Part shown: piece by piece, positions 8,071-14,629 of the stretch
How the letters are laid out: each line of letters begins with the position of its first letter
Position numbering within the stretch: position 1 is the stretch's first letter
Origin: Candidatus Saccharimonas aalborgensis
GTDB taxonomy: Bacteria; Patescibacteriota; Saccharimonadia; Saccharimonadales; Saccharimonadaceae
Assembly: GCF_000392435.1 (NCBI RefSeq)
Contig: NC_021219.1
Coordinates: 30,001 to 62,000, forward strand
Direction of reading: 5' to 3'
DNA length: 32,000 nucleotides
The notes under the pieces: generated by a model
Database searches by the model: none
What the model saw: only the letters and a program-made list of their open reading frames with translations
What the model was told of the DNA's origin: nothing
Translations under genes and position numbers: made by a program

Positions 8071-8092
8071 AATGAGCGTCATGCTCATTTTT
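8071..8092 (+). terminator. Intrinsic terminator after element copy B
   Basis: The stem is AATGAGC/GCTCATT with loop GTCAT, followed by a T-run. Its position suggests that copy B is transcribed on the + strand. Confidence 0.55.
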
Positions 8093-8108
8093 ATTACATT
8101 ATTCATTA

Positions 8109-8137
8109 TTGTTATTTTGTCAATTTTATGATAGAAT
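8109..8137 (+). promoter_or_regulatory. Sigma70-like promoter for the 475-aa gene
   Basis: TTGTTA (8109-8114), a 17-nt spacer, then TAGAAT (8132-8137), in a very AT-rich patch immediately before the GC-rich island. Confidence 0.5.
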
Positions 8138-8231
8138 ATTAGTCAGGTACGTTACCCCTCTGCAGCCAGCGAGGTGTAATTGTGCAGTAGTTTTCACCCA
8201 CGATCCTAACCCCTAAGGAGGGGATGTTCTG

Positions 8232-9659
8232 ATGACAGCAAGGACAAGCGTGTTGCCGGCGCCCACATGGCACGGCACGCCTGCTAACCTGCAACACCAG
8301 TGGTTTGAGTTCCTGCGCGGGCACGCCCGGCAGCAGGCTCAGACTCGCCCAGCTCAGCTGAGGCGCGAACTGAGCTATGCCCAGTCCGACAACAGAGACG
8401 ATCGTGCTCAACTCCGTAGCTACGCGAACGAGAGTCGCAATCATCAGGAGAAACTCACTCGTCTGCGTGCGTCTGTTCGGACGTACAACGACGAGGACTA
8501 CTTGAACGCACTCGAAGCGCTCTTTGCCCTGCCCGAAGTCATCGCGACCCGGGTAGACAGGCATGGGGCGCTCGTCGTCCTGATTCGTCCGATCCGCAGC
8601 GACAGCCTTGATCTCGGTGACTTCGAGATCTCGTTTGATGATCTCGTTGCTGACTACAACTCATACATTGTGAGGTCTCGACTGACACAGGATGATGTCC
8701 GGTACCGCAACCTAAGTATGTGTGATAGTTTCGGCAATAACACCCACCTCTTCCGCGTTGATTCGCTCACTCGACAGCAATTCTGTGACTTCTACGCTAA
8801 CCTCGACCTTGCCGGACTTGTCCGTGCAATCTCGGAACAGATCAATGAAGTCACGGCTAGCTCCCGAGCGCTTCTCCAGCAAACAGTGCCCGGTGCCGAA
8901 CCGCTCTGGGATGGGTTCGTGGAGAATCCGCTCAAAGCGCTCAAGCAGCTGCAGAAGCGAGCCCTCGACCGGCATCAGCTCGCTCGTCAGATTCGCGAAC
9001 AGGAAAGACTTGTCGCCGACTACGACAGGGCCATGCGCGATCTCCGCGAACGCATTCGACAGAATGAGGCCGACATCCGCCGGATGGAAGCCGAATTGGT
9101 CGCCCTCGAGGCGACGGCGCGACGGCGTGGCGAGATCATCGACCTCGCTGACGCACGTCGGACGCTGCGATTCATCACCCACATGCCCGGGTTCCTCGGC
9201 ATGCGGTTCGACGAGGATGGCACCGCCGTCATTCATATCCGAACCAGCTGGGTGTATCGGGACCGGCGCTATGACCTCGGTGATTTCGAGTTGTGGCTTC
9301 GGCCCAACCGAGGTAACCACAAGGGATACGGTGTCGTGCCGATCCATGCAACACGCCTCCCCAGTGGGGGCAGAAGCACGACTTACTTCAATCGGTACGC
9401 CAGCCATCGTCCTGGTCTCAACGAGAATGACTGGTTCTGCTTCGGAGGGCGCAGCGGCGAGCTCGGCAACATGCTGAATGACGGTGATTTTGGACACTTC
9501 GTCAATATTGCAGTCAACTGCATGAACTCCGTGAACAATGCAGATAAACCAGGTCATGCCCACCACCTCCCTGTCATTCCAATGGAGGAAGTGTGGCGGC
9601 ACCAGCCGCGTACTCGTGCGCGGCGGTGGTTGGCAAGGGTGGCAATCGCCGCCAGCTGA
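8232..9659 (+). CDS. Two-module coiled-coil protein, 475 aa; the C-terminal module is a candidate E2/UBC-like domain (inference)
   Basis: The Shine-Dalgarno AAGGAGG (8215-8221) precedes the ATG at 8232. There is an internal duplication. Module 1 reads coiled coil..ALVVLIRPIRSDSLDLGDFEISF. Module 2 reads coiled coil..AVIHIRTSWVYRDRRYDLGDFELWL. Module 2 continues VVPIHATRLP...YASHRPGLNENDWFCFGG, which resembles the E2 layout of beta-meander, HPN-like loop and catalytic Cys (Cys403, codon 9438-9440). Confidence 0.6.
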   Translation: MTARTSVLPAPTWHGTPANLQHQWFEFLRGHARQQAQTRPAQLRRELSYAQSDNRDDRAQLRSYANESRNHQEKLTRLRASVRTYNDEDYLNALEALFALPEVIATRVDRHGALVVLIRPIRSDSLDLGDFEISFDDLVADYNSYIVRSRLTQDDVRYRNLSMCDSFGNNTHLFRVDSLTRQQFCDFYANLDLAGLVRAISEQINEVTASSRALLQQTVPGAEPLWDGFVENPLKALKQLQKRALDRHQLARQIREQERLVADYDRAMRDLRERIRQNEADIRRMEAELVALEATARRRGEIIDLADARRTLRFITHMPGFLGMRFDEDGTAVIHIRTSWVYRDRRYDLGDFELWLRPNRGNHKGYGVVPIHATRLPSGGRSTTYFNRYASHRPGLNENDWFCFGGRSGELGNMLNDGDFGHFVNIAVNCMNSVNNADKPGHAHHLPVIPMEEVWRHQPRTRARRWLARVAIAAS

Positions 9660-9687
9660 ACCCACTTTGGATCAGAAAACTACACCT

Positions 9688-9723
9688 CGGCGAGTCCGAG
9701 AGCACCCGCTCTCGGACTCGCCG
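9688..9723 (+). terminator. Perfect 15-bp hairpin after the 475-aa gene
   Basis: CGGCGAGTCCGAGAG, loop CACCCG, then CTCTCGGACTCGCCG. No U-tract follows on the + strand, so terminator function is inferred from position only. Confidence 0.5.
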
Positions 9724-9778
9724 AAAGGAGATTTATAGATAGGTAGCGATAAGTTGTGAATAATTTTTGGAAAAACTA

Positions 9779-9807
9779 TTGACGATTTATCAATAAAAGT
9801 TTATAAT
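9779..9807 (+). promoter_or_regulatory. Sigma70-type promoter for the Ubl gene
   Basis: TTGACG (9779-9784), a 17-nt spacer, then TATAAT (9802-9807), in an AT-rich patch. Confidence 0.6.
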
Positions 9808-9882
9808 CTGTATCATGCTGTGCGGGTCCGATACCCCACAGTAGCTCCACCCTCGCATCACCGATCAAGGGAGGCATTGCCC

Positions 9883-10128
9883 ATGTCCAACACCGCCACC
9901 ACCGCTTCTGTGAAGCTGCCCGGAAAGGCCGGCCGCGTCGACGTCACCGTGCCTGAGGGCTCGACCGTCGCCGACGTCCTGTTGGCCGCCGCGGACGCCT
10001 TGGGCGTCCTCGGCAACTTCGACCCCGAGTCGGTCGTCGCCGTCGTCAACAACGAGGAGGCCGACCTCCAGGACGCCGTCCCCGACGGTGCTCAGGTCGA
10101 CGGCACGACCAACGTCGCCAACGGCTGA
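9883..10128 (+). CDS. Ubiquitin-like beta-grasp protein (ThiS/MoaD-like), 81 aa, C-terminus ...NVANG
   Basis: The Shine-Dalgarno AAGGGAGG (9868-9875) precedes the ATG at 9883. The track ORF begins earlier at a GTG (9820). The sequence VDVTVPEGSTVADVLLAAADALG...VAVVNNEEADLQDAVPDGAQVDGTTNVANG-stop follows the ThiS/MoaD pattern (..vNg....d..L.dGD.v.i.p.v.GG). Gly is the last residue. Confidence 0.7.
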   Translation: MSNTATTASVKLPGKAGRVDVTVPEGSTVADVLLAAADALGVLGNFDPESVVAVVNNEEADLQDAVPDGAQVDGTTNVANG

Positions 10129-10466
10129 CTCGACGACTTCCTCGCCATTCGGACCATCCCCGTCGTAGGGGACCATCTAGGACCGAGTGGACCAACGAGA
10201 AGCGAAGTCCCGTCGGAATCGTGTGATGTTAGAGGGCCGTCCATCGTAGTAGTGTCTGTAGCGTGCGGAACCCGTCAAACGGTGCCGTTTCGTCTCCACT
10301 CAGCGGTGTTCGGAACTATATCCGTTTCAAGATCAAAGGGCTGCGCCTCTCTGGTATGTCGGCGATTCTGCTATTAGTAGAATCCTGTCGGCACGACGAC
10401 GAGGGCACCTCAGTAGTGAGCGACGGATCTCACATGTTCCCCCCGGGGGACAAATGGAGCGCATCA

Positions 10467-10526
10467 CCCGACACCCGTCGGGTTTGGGGCGCGGACACTT
10501 CGGTGACCGCGCCCCCTTCGCTTTTT
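10467..10526 (+). terminator. Tandem hairpin terminators closing the Ubl transcription unit
   Basis: The first hairpin is CCCGAC-ACCC-GTCGGG (10467-10482), followed by TTT. The second pairs GGGGCGCGG (10486-10494) with CCGCGCCCC (10507-10515), followed by CTTCGCTTTTT. Confidence 0.65.
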
Positions 10527-10534
10527 GAGAATAC

Positions 10535-10563
10535 TTGATTTTTTTGTTATTTTGTAGTATAAT
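10535..10563 (+). promoter_or_regulatory. Sigma70-type promoter for the JAB-E1 operon
   Basis: TTGATT (10535-10540), a 17-nt spacer, then TATAAT (10558-10563). Confidence 0.55.
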
Positions 10564-10645
10564 AGAAGTGGCATTTTCTAGGTCTATTCCTGGGGTGCTC
10601 GACCCTTTACACCCTAGGCCCACACGAGACAAGGAGTCTTCTACT

Positions 10646-11278
10646 ATGCGCATCCTCTCTGCTCCGTTGACCGCGAAGGACGCACCTAAATTGGTCGTGC
10701 CGACACTCTTCATTTCCTCGAGTGACTACGACCTGATGCTCATCTACGCCCAGACGGCCTCACCACAAGAGGTGAACGGCTATGGGCTGATCGACCAGGG
10801 CGCCCGTGACCAGTTCATATTGTGCCCCGGTGGCCTCTTCATCACCGACCAGGTGGTGACGCAGGTCAGCGCCAAGCCGACTGCGGTCGGCAACGCCTAC
10901 GCCGGCAACCGTGCCGACGAGGCCGGCATGACGCTGGGGCTGCAGTGGCACAGCCACGGCAGGGGCGGAGCGTATCACTCGCCGACCGACATGAACACCG
11001 CCCACAACTACGGGAGGGTCGGCACCATCGACTGGATGATCTGGGTCGTCATCAATGACCGTGGCGACGTAGTCGCACGGCTCGAGCAGTACGCACCAAT
11101 CCGCATCGGCGTGCCGATGACCGTCATCGTCGTCCCCGACAACCACCAGCAGCTGCTGGAGCAGGTCACGGACGACATCGCGCGGCACGTCCGCGTCGAG
11201 ACGCCTCCGATACCATCCAAGGCGCTGGCGGCAACGCCAGCGTTCGTCAGCCCCGACAAGAAGGAGAACACCAAGTGA
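10646..11278 (+). CDS. JAB/MPN (JAMM) metallopeptidase, 210 aa
   Basis: The Shine-Dalgarno AAGGAG (10631-10636) precedes the ATG at 10646. The track ORF start at 10535 lies inside the promoter. The JAMM signature is complete: an upstream Glu in PQEVNGYG, then WHSHGRGGAYHSPTD (H-x-H-x7-S-x-x-D). Confidence 0.8.
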   Translation: MRILSAPLTAKDAPKLVVPTLFISSSDYDLMLIYAQTASPQEVNGYGLIDQGARDQFILCPGGLFITDQVVTQVSAKPTAVGNAYAGNRADEAGMTLGLQWHSHGRGGAYHSPTDMNTAHNYGRVGTIDWMIWVVINDRGDVVARLEQYAPIRIGVPMTVIVVPDNHQQLLEQVTDDIARHVRVETPPIPSKALAATPAFVSPDKKENTK

Positions 11279-11958
11279 GCAACGAGGACTTCGCTCCGAA
11301 CTGGTCCGACCAAGGCGGGATCTTCGATCCCGACAGCTTCGTCGGGACCATTACCATCATCGGGGCGGGGGGTATCGGCGCAAGCCTCATCCCCACGCTG
11401 GTCACCGTCGGTTTCCGGCGGTTCATCATCTACGACCCCGACCGGGTCGAGGACCGCAACATCGCCAGCCAACTGCTCTACAAGCCGCGTGACCTCTACC
11501 GCCCCAAGGTGGAGGTTTGTCAGGAGTACATCCAGACATACGGCGACTGTCAGGTGGTGGTCGAGGTACACCAGCGGCTGTTCACTGCCGAGGACCGCAT
11601 CACGACCCCAGTCGTCATCAGCGCCGTCGACAACCAAGACGCGCGTCGGATGATCTGGCAAGCCGTCCAGGACTCTCCCGACGTGCGACTCCTCATCGAC
11701 GGGCGTATCGGCAGCGAGGCGTTCACTTGCCTCGCCGTCGACATGCTCGACGACAGCGACTGGTATGACACCAAGTTCCTCGGCGACAACATCGCCCAGC
11801 TGCCCTGCGCCAGCCGTGCCATCGCCTACCCGGCGGTGGCGCTCGGTGCCGTCATCACACGGCACCTGGTGCACTGGCACGCTGGGGAGGAACTGCCACG
11901 GCGCGTCTCGCAGGACATGCGAGACCTCGTGCAACTCGTGATCCAGGCCCCGAAGTAA
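11275..11958 (+). CDS. Minimal ThiF/MoeB/E1-like adenylating enzyme, 227 aa
   Basis: The GTG start overlaps the JAB stop (GTGA at 11275-11278), with AAGGAG 8 nt upstream. Motifs are the Rossmann loop IIGAGGIGAS, YDPDRVEDRNIASQ (E1 nucleotide-binding Asp/Asn/Gln motif), RPKVEV, SAVDNQDARR and LPCASRAIAYPAVALG (Cys-containing loop). Confidence 0.8.
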   Translation: MSNEDFAPNWSDQGGIFDPDSFVGTITIIGAGGIGASLIPTLVTVGFRRFIIYDPDRVEDRNIASQLLYKPRDLYRPKVEVCQEYIQTYGDCQVVVEVHQRLFTAEDRITTPVVISAVDNQDARRMIWQAVQDSPDVRLLIDGRIGSEAFTCLAVDMLDDSDWYDTKFLGDNIAQLPCASRAIAYPAVALGAVITRHLVHWHAGEELPRRVSQDMRDLVQLVIQAPK

Positions 11959-12008
11959 GAGGGTCGTTCCGCTTCTCCACCACAGTAGCCAACTGTGCGA
12001 GGAGGAGC

Positions 12009-12073
12009 GGGATAACCGACCATAGATACAACAAGCTATGCTGATGAGCTGTAAACAGCGAATCGGTTATCCC
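12009..12073. other. 11-bp perfect inverted repeat at the right edge of the GC-rich island, between convergent genes
   Basis: GGGATAACCGA (12009-12019) pairs with TCGGTTATCCC (12063-12073), separated by 43 nt. It may be a bidirectional terminator or a boundary structure. Confidence 0.4.
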
Positions 12074-12687
12074 TACGCTCTGTGACCAGTCGTTTTCCGA
12101 TAGTTATACAGACTGAGCGCGAGTGAGCCAAGCAACATACCTGTTGCGGCGTGTTTTGCCCAGCGCGCTTCTTTGCTCTCCGGATACGCATCTCCAACTC
12201 TCAAGCTCACCGAACGTACTGCTGTCGAGAGTTTTCCCCACCACTGTGCTGCACCATCGCCACAGTGTTCTGTTTGGATTGTACGAAGATACGTCGACGT
12301 AACGTCCCGGCCGAGTCTCAGCAAAAACGTCGCAACGTCTAATTCACCGCGAAGCACGCGCAGCAATTCTTGCACAAAAAAATCGAGTTTATCAACAAAT
12401 GGATCAATTACTTTGCCAAAGGCATTTTCGGCTCCCGCACTCCGGATAATTTCGCCGTCTATCTTGTCACCAAGGTCAAGCAGGCTCTCGAGCGCAACAA
12501 ACTGAGCGCGAGATAATTTGCCCCGAGAATGGGCAGCCTCGACAATCATACGCGCAGCGAACCGTCCAAGCGTTACGATATTTGCCTCAATAATCGCGCG
12601 CTGCTGCTCTGGTGAATAATCAGCCCAGGCACCGCGGGTATCCTGGAAACCCTTTGCCAGCGGGCGTAGAACTTCACGAGCTATCAT
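12073..12687 (-). CDS. Hypothetical protein, 204 aa, with a C-terminal hydrophobic segment
   Basis: ORF with backbone composition. No recognised motif. Confidence 0.55.
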   Translation of the reverse strand: MIAREVLRPLAKGFQDTRGAWADYSPEQQRAIIEANIVTLGRFAARMIVEAAHSRGKLSRAQFVALESLLDLGDKIDGEIIRSAGAENAFGKVIDPFVDKLDFFVQELLRVLRGELDVATFLLRLGRDVTSTYLRTIQTEHCGDGAAQWWGKLSTAVRSVSLRVGDAYPESKEARWAKHAATGMLLGSLALSLYNYRKTTGHRA

Positions 12688-12740
12688 AGAGGTATTACAT
12701 CAGGTTGGTTCAAGAGGTGCAACCACTAGCATCAAAAAAT

Positions 12741-12766
12741 ATCAAAAAACGCTCCAGCGGAGCGTT
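12741..12766 (-). terminator. Intrinsic terminator after rsmD (minus strand)
   Basis: The stem is AACGCTCC/GGAGCGTT (12748-12766) with loop AGC. On the minus strand it is followed by TTTTTTGATATTTTTTG. Confidence 0.6.
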
Positions 12767-12768
12767 AC

Positions 12769-13314
12769 CTAGCCTATACGGCAGAACGAGGTGAGTTTTG
12801 CATTTCCATAACTACGATTGTCCACCACAACAATTCCGTTTTGCAGATTTGGTCCCTCACCTCGTCCTGACCAAGATAATACCATAAGCCCATTAGGTTT
12901 GAGAAGAGCAAATAACTGAGAGACTGTGGATAACTGTGGATCGTTGTATGGCGGATCAGCAAAGATTATGTCGTAATTTTTTTGTGATTTCGTCGTGAGC
13001 CAGTTTACGACAGATGTGTTGACTATCTCCACCTTTTCGGCTGCATCCAGCGATACCACATTTTTTGCCAAAACTTTTTGAGCAATTTTGTCACGTTCGA
13101 CAAATGTCACGCCTGCGGCACCCCTACTCAGCGCCTCAAGTCCAACCGCACCCGTGCCGGCAAATGCATCGAGAACCTCAGCCCCTTCGATACGAGTACC
13201 AATGCTATTGAAAAGTGCATTTCGTATTCGCTCACCCATGGGATGCGTGCGCGAGTTGTCTGGTGCATCAATCTTGCGACCACCGTACTGTCCTGCAATG
13301 AGGCGAATATACAT
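12769..13314 (-). CDS. rsmD: 16S rRNA (guanine966-N2)-methyltransferase RsmD
   Basis: MYIRLIAGQYGGRKI..., LDAFAGTGAVGLEALSRGA (SAM-binding motif) and FADPPY are present. I chose the ATG at 13314 so the gene does not overlap the upstream gene; the track ORF begins at 13365. Confidence 0.85.
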   Translation of the reverse strand: MYIRLIAGQYGGRKIDAPDNSRTHPMGERIRNALFNSIGTRIEGAEVLDAFAGTGAVGLEALSRGAAGVTFVERDKIAQKVLAKNVVSLDAAEKVEIVNTSVVNWLTTKSQKNYDIIFADPPYNDPQLSTVSQLFALLKPNGLMVLSWSGRGEGPNLQNGIVVVDNRSYGNAKLTSFCRIG

Positions 13315-13318
13315 GGTA

Positions 13319-14125
13319 TTAGAGCTCCGCCTTGCGATACGCTTCGTACCATGCAAACATGACAACCTGAATGATAGTTGGCAACAGAACCCGCCGCGTC
13401 TGCCGCGCTAACTTGGTGGTCCATCCTTCGTTCCAAAACGTATGATACATGTCGAGCGAATACACTTCGTGCATGGCATCCAAAAAAACCTGCTCTAGCC
13501 CTTGTGCCGTCGCCTGAGCGAGCCAAGCGTGATCAAGATCTTTTTGCGGATAACGAGAGGTCTTGGCGGCTGCGGCAACGCCAAACTCAAACGCTGCATG
13601 CGTCATAAATACTCCCTTAGCACCCCAATACTCCCAGTTTTTGCTCAGTGTCTCGAGACGTGTCTCACCGACAATAAAGTTCTTTTCTTTGATGGTGAGC
13701 CGTTCTTCTTTTGGCTTACCCCAAAGCTCTTCGATCTTTTCACCTAGGGGATAGTGATGAGCTGGAGTCAACCCATCGACAATAGCGTGCGATAGCCAGG
13801 CGGCTTCAAAAGCCGCTCGTTCATGATTATTGTAGCGCAGTGCCTCGACAAGGTTGTGTTGATGATCGAGGATCATCGTGACTAACTGACGGTCATCGGA
13901 TTTTGAGGGGTCGATATAGTGCCACGGCTCATCAGCACTGGGACTCTTGCGCTTCAGGCCATCGGGGCCATTGTCACCCTCAAACGCCAAGATTTCTTTG
14001 ATAGCAGGAAATCCTGGTCCGACTCCTGGTAGTTGATCCAGATTTCGGCGTGCAATCCGATCGATTTTTTGATGAACCCCGATGAACCCGCCAGAGGTTT
14101 TGTTAAGCGTTGTGCCTGAATACAT
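13319..14125 (-). CDS. Hypothetical protein, 268 aa (His-rich; weak resemblance to phospholipase C/P1 nuclease-like helical Zn enzymes)
   Basis: Long ORF with backbone composition. Its stop lies 5 nt before the rsmD start. The family assignment is a guess. Confidence 0.55.
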   Translation of the reverse strand: MYSGTTLNKTSGGFIGVHQKIDRIARRNLDQLPGVGPGFPAIKEILAFEGDNGPDGLKRKSPSADEPWHYIDPSKSDDRQLVTMILDHQHNLVEALRYNNHERAAFEAAWLSHAIVDGLTPAHHYPLGEKIEELWGKPKEERLTIKEKNFIVGETRLETLSKNWEYWGAKGVFMTHAAFEFGVAAAAKTSRYPQKDLDHAWLAQATAQGLEQVFLDAMHEVYSLDMYHTFWNEGWTTKLARQTRRVLLPTIIQVVMFAWYEAYRKAEL

Positions 14126-14174
14126 TACTCCTTATGATAGCAGACTCGCTACTTAAAATCACGATGGGAGCATA

Positions 14175-14203
14175 TTGACATTTTGCGACTTTATTATTAA
14201 AAT
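14175..14203 (+). promoter_or_regulatory. Sigma70-like promoter for the 65-aa ORF
   Basis: TTGACA (14175-14180), a 17-nt spacer, then TAAAAT (14198-14203). Confidence 0.5.
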
Positions 14204-14244
14204 AATGAAGTCCTATCTGTGTCAAACTGCGAGAAGAGGTACTA

Positions 14245-14442
14245 ATGGACAGGTTCTTTGTGGTAATCACCGTGCAAACGTTCTATCCCAGTCGAATGAA
14301 CACGCACTGCTGCATCGTCACTGACACCGATCCTGTTATGCGGTACAACACCGTATACCAAACGGTCTGCCGGCAGTATGGCCTTCCCGAGGAAGCCACT
14401 GCAACTCTGTTCTACTCGGTGGAGAAGATGCCCGCCGCCTAG
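14245..14442 (+). CDS. Small hypothetical protein, 65 aa
   Basis: A promoter lies upstream, an AGAGG Shine-Dalgarno-like site precedes the ATG, and terminator repeat R1 starts at the stop codon. No recognised motif. An antisense ORF (14242..14466) lacks these signals. Confidence 0.45.
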   Translation: MDRFFVVITVQTFYPSRMNTHCCIVTDTDPVMRYNTVYQTVCRQYGLPEEATATLFYSVEKMPAA

Positions 14443-14496
14443 CCCCGCCACCCGTTGTAGGCACACAGCCTCCGGGTGACCGGGGCTGTTTGCTTA
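14441..14496 (+). terminator. Terminator module R1 (first copy of a ~57-nt direct repeat)
   Basis: AGCCCCGCCACCCGTTGTAGGCACACAGCCTCCGGGTGACCGGGGCTGTTTGCTTA. The hairpin C-AGCC-(T)-CCGG GTGA CCGG-GGCT-G is at 14466-14488, followed by TTTGCTT. Confidence 0.65.
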
Positions 14497-14501
14497 GATG
14501 G

Positions 14502-14530
14502 TTGACAAAAATGATATTTTTTGATATAAT
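14502..14530 (+). promoter_or_regulatory. Consensus sigma70 promoter for the 102-aa membrane protein gene
   Basis: TTGACA (14502-14507), a 17-nt spacer, then TATAAT (14525-14530). Confidence 0.6.
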
Positions 14531-14629
14531 ATAAAATAACTTTCCGCCCCAGGAAAAGATGCGCGTCTTGTGCATTCCACAAAACTGGGTGCGACGGAAG
14601 TCGTACCCTCTACTCGAAGGAGCAGTTCT

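Noticed and set aside
8712-9665. 317-aa minus-strand ORF, plus a 251-aa alternative + frame ORF (8722..9477), overlapping the 475-aa gene
   Set aside because: Long stop-free frames on the antisense or shifted frame are expected in GC-rich DNA. These have Arg/Pro/Ser/Gly-rich junk composition and no Shine-Dalgarno site or promoter. The 8232..9659 frame has an SD, a promoter, a terminator and an internally consistent repeat structure.
11008-11934. 308-aa minus-strand ORF antisense to the JAB and E1 genes
   Set aside because: It is an antisense frame of GC-rich coding sequence with no expression signals. The + strand frames carry clear JAMM and ThiF motifs.
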